Of a stretch of 64,000 bases of DNA, positions 26,251 through 39,200 are shown piece after piece; position 1 is the stretch's first letter; every line of letters begins with the position of its first letter. Below the pieces are notes generated by a model. The model searched no databases, had not been told where the DNA came from, and saw only the letters and a program-made list of their open reading frames with translations. The DNA is from Lophium mytilinum (lineage: Eukaryota): positions 542,816 to 606,815 of the forward strand of contig MU004191.1 in the NCBI GenBank assembly GCA_010093605.1, in the 5' to 3' direction. The position numbers and the translations under genes were made by a program.

Positions 26251-28340
26251 GGCGACGATTGGGAAAAAAAGAGTCTTGTCACGACGCGGCTCAGCAAGTG
26301 CAAGCAAGAATGAGAGCTGGACGGGGAGATCAACAAGGTAGATAACCAGAATAACGCGGAGGCCGGTGCTTTTGCCGATCAGGGCAACGATTGGAATGTT
26401 GGATGGGGAAAGCTGGACCCCTGGCACGGCGAAGTCTAGGAATGGAAAGATGGAAATCAGGAGACTGGGATTGGGATTAAAAGGGCTGGGGCAGCCAAGT
26501 GTGAGACGGTCGACAACAAGCTGGTGGCAAGGATAGGGCAGACGCAGAAAGTAGATGAGATGAGATGGTGACTTGTCAGTGACGGTGGGACAGCGCAAGG
26601 GCGGCCATGGACGAAAAACCAAACGAAAAGGAACATAAAGCCGGCCTGTGGGGCATCTGCATGGTTGGTTTCCAGGCGCAGACTGCTTTCATGTGGTTTC
26701 TGACAGGGCCGTGGCCGATGGCATGCAGCTTGCTGGCCGGGAGCAGACGGACGAGGTTGGAAGTGGAGCAGAATCTTGCCGAGACAAGCAGCCAGCCAGC
26801 CGGGAGCGATGGCAGACACGTACCATATCGGCGCGGCGGGCGAGCACGCAGCAAGAAGTGGGCTGCGTGGGCGCTCGAAGCGTGCGTTGGGAGTGCTAGA
26901 AGAGGGCTGGATGGGTGCTGGTTGCAGCAGTGAAACACGCTCGCTCCCAAAAGAGCCCGTGAATAAAGCCACACCAGCCGCAAAGCTTGACCCTTGAGAC
27001 CGGCCTGTGATGTTCAGGAACGGCGTCCAGGGTGCATATTGGGCGCTGTCCAGCAGCGCCAATCGCCTGCCCTGCAACGCCCCTATCAGCGCCGTTCGCC
27101 ATCAGAAGCGTTCGCATTTTGCCCTGCTTTCGCGTGCTCGTGGGCGCTTGGAGCCGACGATGGGCATCATGTGTGCGATGCCGCGAGATTCGTGCGAGTG
27201 TCGTACAGCATCGTCTCCCCGCTTCTCTGGCCACCGCGCCATCTTCTATTCTGCACTGCCGCCAACATTCGACGGCCGCAGCTCCTCCGTGAACTGAGCA
27301 TGCTTGGCATGAGTTGATGAGAGGGGCAAAAGTGGTGCGGCAACGACGTGCAGTGATAGGCTGGCGTTGGTAAATTTAGAAATCATCGCCACCTCATCAG
27401 TCCATCGCTAGGGCTGCCGTGCCGGGGAGTCGCATTGACGACGCTACCGGTGGAGAAACCTTGCGTCCGTCTATCGGTGGTGGCTGTTATAAAGACGCTA
27501 AGACGGGCGGTGTTGGCGAGCACGTTCATCGGTCCTGACGTCGAGCGTGGTGGATGGGCCATCTTGAGGTAAAGCGCCACGTTTGCTTGGTCGTGGTTCC
27601 TGTCATCTCTGCGTCAGCCTTGTTCTGCGATAATTCCTCTGACTGTCCAGCTCTTGACTTGTGCTCTTTACTTGAGCAGGGGAGCTGCCTGCCCTGTGCC
27701 GAGCATGTGAGGCGACCGTCAGACGTCACGCTGATTCATCAATGGAAAGGAGCTCCGCTGTGGCCCGACTAAAGGGGCTCGAAAATATCTAGAACGGGAC
27801 AGTGGGCGGACTTGGGGGCAAAAAACGAGTGGCTGGTGCATTGCTATAGACTAGCTGCCTGATAACCACGAGGTTTCCTTGAGCGAGGTCCACCTCTCCT
27901 ATTGTTAAGTTCTTTAAGAGACGGTTTCCCGGATTGGTATTTATCATCGAGATAGTGTGCAGTCGTATCTCATGTTAGAAACAAGCAAGTTCATCGCGAG
28001 AAGTCAAAAGATAGACTGCCCACACGAGATTAGGCAGAAATAGCAAAATTTCGAACGGCAACGAGAGGGCCCTAAACTCTAGACTCTTCAAAGGTTTCTG
28101 TAGGTATTCGCGATCTAATGTACATGTCTCGCGTCGTGCGAGCTCCCTTCTCAATGCCCAAAATAATCTCTTGTGAGCCCAGTAAACGTGGTTGAGATGG
28201 CATCACACAAAGCAGCTCAAATTACGCTCATGCAGTCCGCAAACGAGAGAAGTCGCCGCCGATTGGACTCCTAATAATGCATATTGGAAAAAAGCATCCG
28301 CTGCTGTGACGCCTGAATACTGCAACTCTCCGATATCGCT

Positions 28341-31300
28341 TTAGACAACCTAGAGGTTACAACATCGGTTAGCATAGCTACAACATGGGGCAATATATGT
28401 AGTGACATACCTCGGCGATCGACTGTCGTTCAATGATAGACTTCTGCCTATCGTTACGTGACACGCGGTAGTATGTATCGCAGAAGTCGGCGCACTGCAT
28501 GTACTTCAAGAAATCCTCGTCGTGAGTGATGACGATGAGCTGGAAGTTCGACTGCTGTCGCCGGACCTTAATGATCTCTGCTAAAGCTTCTGCCAACGCC
28601 TGGATATTGTCGCGATCAAGATTCGTCGTGGGTTCGTCCAGCGCAATGAGTCCGCAGTTGACACCGAAGCACTCTGCCAGCGCGAGGCGGATGATGATGC
28701 TAGCAAGCACCTTCTGGCCCGCACTGCATCGCCCCCTCATGTCCATTTCTGCATCTTGCTTGACCATGACCACCCTGTAGTTGTAAGACTTGTTGCCTTT
28801 GAGGTTCTCGTTGTCCGAACGGATTGCAATCGTGTCAACATCTGTTCCTTGGTACGTCTTTCTCCAGAGCTCCTCAACGATGCGATTTATTTCCTCCATC
28901 TTGATGGCATGGTACTTCATGATAGCTTTGTCCAAAGCACCCCCGTATCGTCCCAGATCCTCTACGGCCGCCTTTGTCGTCTCCACCTTGATGTGTGCTT
29001 CTCTGTACTTATACCCGGCATCCTTGTACTCAGTCTCATAGTCACGAATGAGCTCCGTCAGCTGGTCGTCCTTTGACTTGAGGGACCCAATGATACTAGC
29101 CTGTTCGGCAGTCAACTTGTTGCGCTCCATCTGCCATTTCTGGCCCTCGCGATCGTAACGATCCTTATCCAACTCGGCGTTGTGTGATTCTAGCTGCTGG
29201 ATTTCCACGTTTAAGGCCTCAAGGTCACGCTTTCCGCGTCGGAATCTCAGATTGTCGTTGATAGCACGTTTGGTGTCGTCCGTGTCTCGAAGATGTTCGT
29301 CAATTTTCTTGATCTGCACTGCGATCTGCTTCATCTCGCTCTCCAAACGAGAAACCTCTCCTTCGAGATTCTCAATCTCGCGGCGAGTTCGTGAAAGCTG
29401 CTGGGGTCCGCCTTTGTCCACGTAGGCGTTAATGTCTTGATCGGCTTGCTGAAGCTGCCGAACGCTGTCCGAGAGTCGTGAAGCCGCCTGCTGCAGTTCA
29501 CGGTCTCGCTCAGCTCCTTGGCGGTTGATGTCATCGTACTTGATTTGGGCTTGCTCGACCTGAGGCACAAGATTCCGGATATCCTCGTCTAGGCGTCGAA
29601 TGGCATCTCGTTGCTCGTTGCTGTGAGACTTCAGTTCCTCGATGCGTGATGTTAGACTAGCCTTTTCTCTCAATTGATAGCTGGCCGTAGCAATCCTTGA
29701 TTGAATATCACGGGCTTCTAGCTCAAGAGTGTTGGTCGAACTCCGGGCTCGGTCTCGTTCGCCCGAAACCTGGCTAAGTTTATACTTCGTAGACTTTGAC
29801 TCCTCAGCCACCTGTTTTAGGTCCTCTTGAACCTTCTCTAGGCCTCTCGACAATCCAGCATCCTCCTGCTTGACTGCCAATGCTGTAATCTTGCGGTTGA
29901 GGTCGCTGGCGTCATTGTGGTATTTCACAATGTTCTGGACTGTCTTAGAAAGAGCTTCAACCTCCCTCCTAGAAGTCTGGCGCTCCTGCAGTACTGCATC
30001 CTGCTGTTCAGCTGTCCCTTCTAGACTCTCGTTCTTAGATCGTAGGCTCTGTTCTTCAGATCTCAAAGCGGGCATCTCAGTTTCTTGAAGTCGAGACAGA
30101 AGATCATAGCTGGGTCGTGCCTTCTTAGCCTTCTCCAGTTCCTGAGCAATGGCATCTACCGTATCCTTCTGGGCCCTGTCGATCGCCTTTTGAATCTGTT
30201 TCTCGATCTTGGCTTTAAACTCTCGATGTTCTTTCCCGCTCTTCCCGCCATGGAACTCTCGTTCACACATATGACAGGCGTTATGCTTTTCCGACGTATC
30301 TAGAGCCTTTCGATACCAGGTTTGGACGAACTTGAAACCTTCTTGGTTGGCCAGAGCTTCTTCATATTCCTCCTCCAGCTCCTGCAACTTGTCTTCGAAC
30401 TGCGATACTTCCTCGCCGTCGATTGCGTCCTTGATCGTCTTCTCGCATTTCTGGAGCTCCGAGGTCTTCTTAACAATGTCATTCCTAATGGTCTTGAGCT
30501 TGAACTGGATATGTTCAAGCTCACGATTAGTGCCCTCTCTTTGCGTTTCGATGTCTCTGACGTCGGAGCTCTTTTGGTCAAGCACAGACTGAAAGCTTTG
30601 CTCCAAAGTAGCGGCGGTCCAGCTAGGGCCAACCACGTTGCTTAGCTTCTCTCCATACACCTTCTTCATGGTGGTGAGGCTGCTCTCCGTTTCTCTGAGA
30701 TTCTTTCGCATGACATCTAACTCAGCGGTTTGTGATGCCTGTCGAGTACCCTCAATGAGCTCGGCGTCTAACGCTTCCTTCCGGTCGTCAAGACCCCTCA
30801 TTTGCCCGTCCAGTTTCTGCAGCTGCTTATCCCAGTCGGCTGTTTTGTAATCCTCTTTGGCCTTGTGCAGTCGACGTTCGATATCGCCCTTGGTTGATTC
30901 GAGCACAGCGGCACTACCCTCGTCTATGTCGATTTTGTCCAAGTCCAATTGGAATCCAGTAATCTTTCCATCGTTAGTCGTGATTTGGGCTCTTGAAGCC
31001 TCCTTGCTTTGATTCAGGGCCGCTTTGCGCTCGTTCAACTGACTAAGGACATTCTGGGCCTTGTTGAGAGCTTGCTGTGTCTCCCGTCGAGCACGTTCAA
31101 ATTCGTTGTTCTGGTCTCTTGACATCTTCGTGATCTTCTGCATGAAGTCCCGCACGTGCTCGTCTGTGACTTCGAGATCAAAACCACGGATATTATGTCG
31201 TCTGGCAGTATCTTTGACGAGATTCTCACGACGCTCGACCTGCCGATCGTAGTGATCCTTTTCAGCTTCAAACTTGCCGACCTCGTTTTGCTTGTTACCT

Positions 31301-32466
31301 AGAGACCGACGGTTGCCCTCTAGCTCTGCTGTTAAATCAGCGTATTGGGACCTGTTGGTCTCCCTATCTCGTTCATACAGTGCAATCCGTTCCTGGTATT
31401 GATCGAGAATGGATTGAAGCTCCTCGTCTGTGTCGTTCATCGTCTTGAGATTCGCCTCCAACTCTCGAACATTCTTGTCGATTGCTCTCTTCTCGATTCG
31501 CTTGCCTTCGAGACCTGCCACAATCTTCTCGAATTTAGCTGCGTGATCCCAAGCTTCCCTAGATTTTTCAGTGGCATCAGTGATCTTCTCTCTCAGGTCG
31601 TTCTCTAGGACCTTAAGAGCCTCGATCTCGTCGTAGAGCTCCGTGGATCGTTGTTCTGCGCGGTCGCCCCGGTCCTTGTTCTCCTTAGCATGCTGCTCGT
31701 GGATTCTGAACTTGGCTAGGTCCTCGTTCTGCTTCTTTCGCAGAATCTTGATGTTGTCTACAGCTTTGCTGTATTTCAGAGCCTCAAAGATTTCATCGAA
31801 TCGATTCTTGAGCGCCTTCGGCTCGCTCATCGGCCATAAGCTCTCTTCCTGATGACAAAAGATGACGGATTCGAGGATTGCCTTCGACACGCCTAGATAC
31901 TGAGGCAGGATCTGGTCGAGCTCTGCAACTCGCGACGATATAGATGTCCGCTCGCCGTCCTTGACCATGTTCAAATTGCCCTCAAGGGTCTTTTGCGATC
32001 GCATGGTTTTCTTGACCGTGAGTTGCAAGCTTCGTGTGGCGACCATTTTCGCTCCTGAAGTGGACTTGAAGGAAAGCTTGACCTGTGCTAGTACTTCTTT
32101 TTCTCCACAGAGCTTGGGATCATGAATGAAAGCCCCGCCGGTCTTGCTGTTCGGCGGTAGCTCCCCGGTGGTGGCATACTTCAGACACTCGATGATTGTC
32201 GTCTTCCCGGATCCGTTGAGTCCAACGATGAGCGTGAGCGGAGCATGGAACTGGATTGTTTCACTACGCCTATTGTCGAATGACCGAACGCCCAGTATGG
32301 ACAATTTGTCAATTTTTGCTACAAAAGGTGTTAGTGAAAACTTGAGTACCTTTACTCTGTGAGGGAAATCTCCTTGGGGCTGCTTATGAACAAGACTGAA
32401 GATCACGTACACCTGAAAGACTGTTAGCAGAACCATACTATGTTGAGTATCTTGAGGTATTCACAT
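28341..32466 (-). CDS. rad50: DNA repair protein Rad50 (MRN complex), ~1306 aa
   Basis: Walker A GLNGSGKTT, Q-loop FCHQEE, zinc hook CHMC inside a long coiled coil, signature CSAGQK, Walker B LDEPT, ITHD. Exons 32466-32465, 32412-32411, 32318-28411, 28349-28341 (3921 nt) give MSKIDKLSILGVRSF...SIAEVV*. The 5' exon structure is predicted. Confidence 0.97.
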
Positions 32467-33286
32467 TTTGGCGTTTTAGGAGTGCCTGAGGCTGAGTATC
32501 TCAGGCCGAGGGGCGTGCACTCAACTGGCCTTCAGCGATGGCCTCCCGATGTCTTGGTTACTGATACGTCCAACGCTACTCCGTCCGGTGGGTTGAAGAT
32601 GTTCTTCTGGAGCAGCGGGGTGCTCGCGATGAAGTGGTTGCTGGCGCGTGGTGGAAGTGGAGCAGGCAGCGAAGCTGGGGCCGCGAGATAAAGTTAGCCT
32701 GAAACGCCAGATCACGTGATTCTTCTCGAAAGTGAACTCAAAATTGCGCCCTTGACCAGGTTTTGTGCACTTGGAACATCATCTTTCGCGTGCTCTCAGA
32801 TTCATCTGATACTGATTTGGTGAATTTAGACCATGAATTTGAGACACTGACCTCATAGGCGGCTCTGTTCATAAAGTGGCAGTCAGGTACCGTCTGAGGT
32901 AAACAGGTGGCCCGGTGGCCCGAACAGCTATCAGGCTCGCTAAAATTGCTGATCTACTCTACAATTCCCAGCAATGCATCGGAAGACTTCAATAACCGCT
33001 AGGCAAGCTCGCGGAGGCAAGGTCGTCTTGAAAACGAAGCCCGCACATATCCGAGGAATGCCACTTTATTCAACGGAGCTTTAGTGCCCGAGCTTCCATA
33101 GAGTAAATCCGCCGCCGTCCCGAACTATCTAGCTTGCATCATGCTGCATCATTCCCCGTTGTTGTAGCTTTTACGTCTGTTCTCAGTTCCTAAAATCTCT
33201 TGCGCGTTTCCTTCTTCTTCCATGCCCTCTGGACGTCCATCTTCTAGCTCTAGACCTCTTGCGGGTACCACCACCACCCGCACATC
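32467..33286. promoter_or_regulatory. Shared divergent promoter region of rad50 and wc-2, with an E-box palindrome ATCACGTGAT (32711-32720) and an MCB/SCB-like TTTCGCGT (32784-32791)
   Basis: The two start codons point away from each other about 820 bp apart. Motifs are read directly; their function is inferred. Confidence 0.5.
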
Positions 33287-34916
33287 ATGTACCAGAACGG
33301 CGGCTCCCTGCCCGGCGATGTGTGTGCACACCTTGACTTCCCCACTGTATGGAGCCTAGACAGAGCTGATCAAGCCCACGGAAGATGGCAGGTGTGCCGC
33401 AGCCGTCCGAGTTTACTGTGGATCAGAACACGGGTCTGATGCAAGGCCTCGATGTAGACATGATGGGCATGGATATGGATCTCTCCCAAATGGACCCGGA
33501 CAACCAGAGCCAGCCACTTCCGTCGTACAGCGCCCCGATCACCTCGCTGCAGCAACAGCAGCAACAACAGCTTCAGCAGCCTATAGGTTCTGCGGACGAA
33601 ACAAACGATGCCTATGTCATGCAAAACACCATGTCTGGTGTGGGCGCGGGGCCTTTGCCTACGGGCTTTGGAGCGCAGAACATGAATCCTTCGGGCAGCA
33701 CGCTGACTGAGTTCACGAAACGGCGGAACTGGTCACAACGCGTGTTGGACGAGCTGAGAGACTTCCTGCATATCCTCACGCCTGACGGCCGCATCATGTA
33801 TGTGTCGCCGTCGTGTAAGTACATCACCGGCTACGAACCTGTGCAGCTAGTAGGCCGCTTCATGAATGAACTGATCCACCCCGACGACAGCGGTATCTTT
33901 GTCCGCGAATTCAACGAGTCTATCGCCTCGGGCAACCCACTACGCTTCTTCTACCGATTTCGCAAAGAAGACGGCTCGTGGATCATATTCGAATCGCACG
34001 GTCACCCACACCTCTCTACCGACGGCACCTTCGCTCCCAATGGTCCAACTCTATGTCGCGGTTTCTTCATGATGGCGCGGCCATACCCTACCAAAAACGC
34101 CGCGCTGCTCGACTCCTTCCTCGAACACAAGATTGAGAACGAGAGGCTCACAAAGCGGATAGCGGAGCTAAAGCGAGAGGAACAAGAGGAAGAAGAGCAA
34201 CAGGACAGGCATTGGAGCAAGCAGATGGAGGGATACTCGTCGGTCTCGCAGTCCGAGACTCAGCGGACTGACACCGAGTCGTCGGCTTTCAATGAGTCGA
34301 AAGCTATGCCTCCACCAGCTAAGCCCGTCGCCTTGAACACAGCACTCACACGCCAAAATCTCGATGAAGCACTTTCTGCGACTAAAGCCGATAGTATCAA
34401 TGATAAGATGGCGCGATATGAGGGGGCCACGCATCTAGAAACAATCGAAATGTTGACGGGACTGCGATATCGTGATGGAGAACGATCGAAAGGCATCAGC
34501 ACTGGGGACGCGAGTCCCCTGCTGATTAGAGGAGATGTGGGGATACAAATATCACTGGACAAGGACCAGAGAGGCTCCTTGGACAAAAAGAAGAAAATGA
34601 AAATCGCGGACGAGTATGTATGTACAGATTGTGGAACTTTGGATTCGCCGGAATGGAGGAAGGGTCCGAGCGGACCGAAAACTTTATGCAATGCGTGTGG
34701 ATGTAAGCTCTGAACACATGTAATCCAAAGCAGAAACTAAAGGACCGAATATGCTAACACAAACTTGCAGTGCGGTGGGCAAAGAAGGAAAAGAAACGGC
34801 AGGGCGGTAACACATCCATATCACTTCCGGCGAACCTACCTCAACAACCTAGCGGCAATCAGAGTATACACACAAACTCAAATTCGAATACGACTACAAA
34901 CACGAACAACAGTTGA
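33287..34916 (+). CDS. wc-2: White collar-2 / LreB blue-light and circadian GATA transcription factor (PAS + GATA Zn finger), ~498 aa
   Basis: Exons 33287-33319 (probable), 33385-34702, 34771-34916. [20 protein letters not shown] domain (IHPDD), [19 protein letters not shown] finger [33 protein letters not shown], polyQ near the N-terminus. Confidence 0.95.
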
Positions 34917-36205
34917 ATATTTTTCATTGCAGGATTTTACACCCTCCAGGGAGGTTATGGAGGAGTCATGGGCATAAGGCGGCTTTGTCCTTACAGTCCT
35001 AAATGATATCCGACACGCAATGTGGAAAATGACCACAGCAGGCGAGCATCACTTGCGCATACCTCCGTCGAGTACGGCACCCATCGTCATGCAGTATGGC
35101 GAAAGGTTCAGAGATGGGAATAGATCAGAAGTCTTTGTACTGGGGAGAACCTGAAGGTTTTGCGAGCCACGCTCTTCAACGTCGAACAGGTTACGATGGT
35201 TCCCATTCTCATGATGGTGCATAACGGTTGGGGTCCTCCGTCCAGCATCCCCTTGCTGGGGCTCACATGGGAGTGGCGTATCTGTCGGATACACTAAAAG
35301 ATCAATAAAGATCTAATGTGAAAAATCTAGCAAGATGACTATTCAACCGAACATCACACAAAGCCAACGCTCGTCTCTATTCAGCCTCTCTTATTGACAG
35401 TAGCAGTATGTTGAAGGAGCCAAGGCATAAAGTATCCAGTGATTGTAACTTTCTCTTCGTGCAGGCCTGATCTAAAGTACGACCAGTTGCATATCTACGA
35501 AACAATGGCGTCCGTAGAGTCTTGAGTCTTTAGCTCTCCGGAATGGCCCTAAGGAGTCTAAAATTGGGCCCCTACTTTTACTGGGCGATAAAAATGGTGG
35601 AACTAGGCAGGCAGGCTGAATGCACGTGTCACGAGTGTGCGAATCAAGTTGATGTTTACCCAGTATCGTCAGCCCCAATCGAGTCAAGTTTGCGACCCCG
35701 GTGTGGCGGGCGCCTCTTGCGTCTCTCCATCAGTCCCCCGCCAATCTGCGCCAGACAACACAATTTAGCCGTCGCCCTCAATGCCGTCTCGTGTGAGTCG
35801 TTATGACCTAGCTTTCGTGGTATTGCTCTCATATAGAGTAGAAGTCTAGCAGACTTAGACCGCCATAGCCACCAGGATGGCGTTCCACCTTTCGTATGTC
35901 CTTCCCTCATATCACCAACCATACGTTAGTTCGTGGGTAGCCTCATTAGACAGAAGCGCTAGAATCCAAGACGCCACCAGGGCGCCACCAGGACACGAAC
36001 ACGAGCTCTGTCCAGGTAGTCTTCGAGGCAGACTAGCGATAACGATTCGCCTCACCCGTCATCTGACGATACTTCACAGCCAACTCAGTTTCCTTATCTT
36101 TGAAGTCATAGAACACGCTTTAAGTATTGTACTACTCTCTTTTTCACCTATAATGCATCTTGCTGATGTACTCTGCTGATACCAGGACTTCTCGCCTGGA
36201 TCGTG

Positions 36206-39200
36206 ATGGCAACGTCACTTTTCCTTCGACAGATATGGACGATGGCCTGGAAAGATCTGTTGCTTACTCTCAATCGTGAACGGGCTGCGACGACTATATT
36301 CCGCGCCTTCACTGTCCCGTTAATCTTCGTCGTCTACATGTCCTTCATCATTCGAGTGTACTGGCCAAAGGAGACCTACGGCATTGGAGCATCCACCCAA
36401 ATCAGAAGCCTTCCAGATGCTCTAAATACTGCTGGGGGAGGCCGCCACACCCTCGCACTCTGCAACTACGGGCCTAGAGGTGGTGACATTGACAAAGTTA
36501 TAGCCGCCGTAGCAGCTTCAGCCAGAACATCTGGGAAGCCTGTCCAGCTCCTGTACAATCCGGACGACCTTCTAACGGTATGCCGAAGTGCACTGTCAGG
36601 AAACACCAAATGCTTTGGGGCCGCTGAATTCTTTTCTTCGCCCAGGGAGGGCGGTGTCTGGAATTATACCCTTCGCAATGATGGCGCATTCGGAACGTCA
36701 ATCAATGTCAAGAAGAACAACAACGACGCCCAGAAGTATCCGATTCCGCTGCAGCATGCAATTGACGCTACAATTGCATCTGTTGACTCCGGCGACGATA
36801 TTCACAGTCTTCCCGACACGGTCGAGGAGTACCCTTTTACGTCGAAGACCCAGAAGCAATGGGATGACTCTATCACAACTTCAATTCAGAATGCCAATAC
36901 CCACTACATCAGTATCGTATGGTATCTTGGCTTCGTAGGTTTAAGCTACCAACTGGTCGGCATAATGGCTGGAGAACGAGAGCAGGGCATGGCCGATTTA
37001 CTTGAGTCAATGATGCCGAACACGGCTCGCTGGCAACCACAAGTCGCTCGCTTGCTTGGCCACCACATCGCTTTCACCATAGTATGTTATGCTGTATATA
37101 TATCTTATCCTGAAAAGCGCTGATGTCCTCCTATAGGTATATTTTCCATCCTGGATTATAATGGCAGTCATAGCTAAAGTCGGCCTATTTCCAAAAGTCT
37201 CACCTGGCATCCTGATCGTCTTCAACATCCTAACTGGTCTCTCCCTAAACTCGTTCTCCATTCTCGGTGCATCCTTCTTCAGAAGATCCCAACTGAGTGG
37301 CATTACGGTCATCGTAATCGCGCTCGTGCTCGGCATTGTTGCTCAAATTACCGCCAAGACACTCTCCACTGCTGCAGTAGCTATCCTCAGCATTCTCTTC
37401 ACTCCCATGACTTACGTCTTCTTCTTCATATTCATGTCCCGTTACGAACACAAGGAAATACCCACAAACCTCACCAAAGCTGCTCCTGGCGCGACTTGGA
37501 GAGTACCGGGCATTGCCTTCTGGATCATGATGATCGTCCAAATCATTGCGTATCCAGTTTTGGGAGCACTAGTCGAGCGGTACCTCTATAACACCGCCTC
37601 AAATAGAGGTAGGACGGTCAAGTACAATGATTCCACGCATCCGGTGACTTTGACCAACTTCACGAAGCACTATTATCCAAATTGGTTCTATAGAGTGGTT
37701 GCACCCTTATTCGGGTTCAAGAAATCGCCGGTAGTGGCCGTAAAAAATCTCTCACTTGCAGCTTTGCACGGCCAAATATTGGTGCTCGTGGGCGCTAATG
37801 GATGCGGAAAGTCGACAACTCTGAATGCCATTGCTGGACTCAATGATGTCACGTCTGGCACAACTGACCTGGATGGCACTGGTGGGATTGGGATTTGCCC
37901 GCAGAAGGTTAGCTTGTCAAAGCGTTCTTGATCTGCAGTGACTTGCCATGGATATCCGTACACTTCTCTATCACTACTTGGAGGGCTTTCACGTACTATT
38001 AGAAGCCGGGGGCAGTGCATACGCTTCCTATCTACATACGTACACCATGTTGACACTGTCTGGAGTGGCCTCGTGAGTTTACTAGTAGTCTGAAATGCTG
38101 TACTTCGCTCTTATTCAAAAGGCTGAAAATACTATGAGGCTCCTCAGGAAGTGGTAAACCAGTGTACGGATATCTATGACGAGTCACTCTCATTCCTTCG
38201 TTTCAAGCGTTCGAAAAGCACTGACAATCGAGGTAGAACGTGCTGTGGGAGTCCTTGACTGTCGAGCAGCATACTAAGATATTCTATCGAATCAAGTCTA
38301 CGACTATCAGCCCCACTTCAGACGGCGAGCTCAGCCAACTTATCTATGACTGCGGATTAACGAAAAAGATCAAGGCCTATGCAAAGACACTCTCTGGTGG
38401 ACAGAAACGGAAACTCCAACTCATCATGATGCTCACAGGGGGAAGCAAGGTATGCTGCGTTGATGAGGTGTCCGGAGGGCTCGATCCCCTTTCGCGCAGA
38501 AAGGTATGGGACATTCTGCTCGCAGCTAGAGGAACCCGCACTGTGAGTTTGAAACCGATATTAGATCAAAAGATGCGAGCATAACTAATTTGATCAGGTC
38601 CTTCTTACCACACACTTTCTAGATGAGGCTGAATATCTTGCTGATCACATGGTCATCATGAGCAAAGGTGAGCTCAAGGCCGAAGGATCTGTCTCGGAGC
38701 TAAAGAACAAACTCGGAAACGGCTACCGCGTGCGCATACTCCACAGAACCGGATATGGACCACCGCCGGAACTTGGTGACCTTCTCACTGGCGTATCGAA
38801 AGAAGTTCTGTATGATCAGACTGTCTACACGATGACCGACACTAGTCGAGCTATGCACGTTATCAGGGAGTTTGAGGGTAGGAAGATTACTAATTATCAA
38901 GTCACTGGGCCGACTATGGAGGAAGTCTTCATAAAGCTTGCGGAAGACCCAGACTCGCAGAATGTCTCGGAGCTTGCTGAGTCAATCTCTACGCCTTATA
39001 TCACTACGACTCCCTCTCATCAAAAAGAAAAACATCGTTCCAGTATCACACAAATTGCGGAAGAAGAGCCATTGATGAGTGGTCAGAGGGTTGGATTTGT
39101 TCTACAAGCTTTCATCCTCTTTCGCAAGCGGATGATCATTCTTCGACGAAATTATCTCCCATACACTGCTGCGTTCATCATTCCCATCATCGCAACAGCT

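Noticed and set aside
32319..32436. ORF-track N-terminus MVLLTVFQV... for Rad50
   Set aside because: It reads through evident intron sequence with branch sites and donors; the spliced model gives the canonical MSKIDK.
37908..38236. Intronic C/D snoRNA in the long ABC-transporter intron
   Set aside because: The box C match is imperfect, the CTGA coincides with the branch site, and the spacing is too short.
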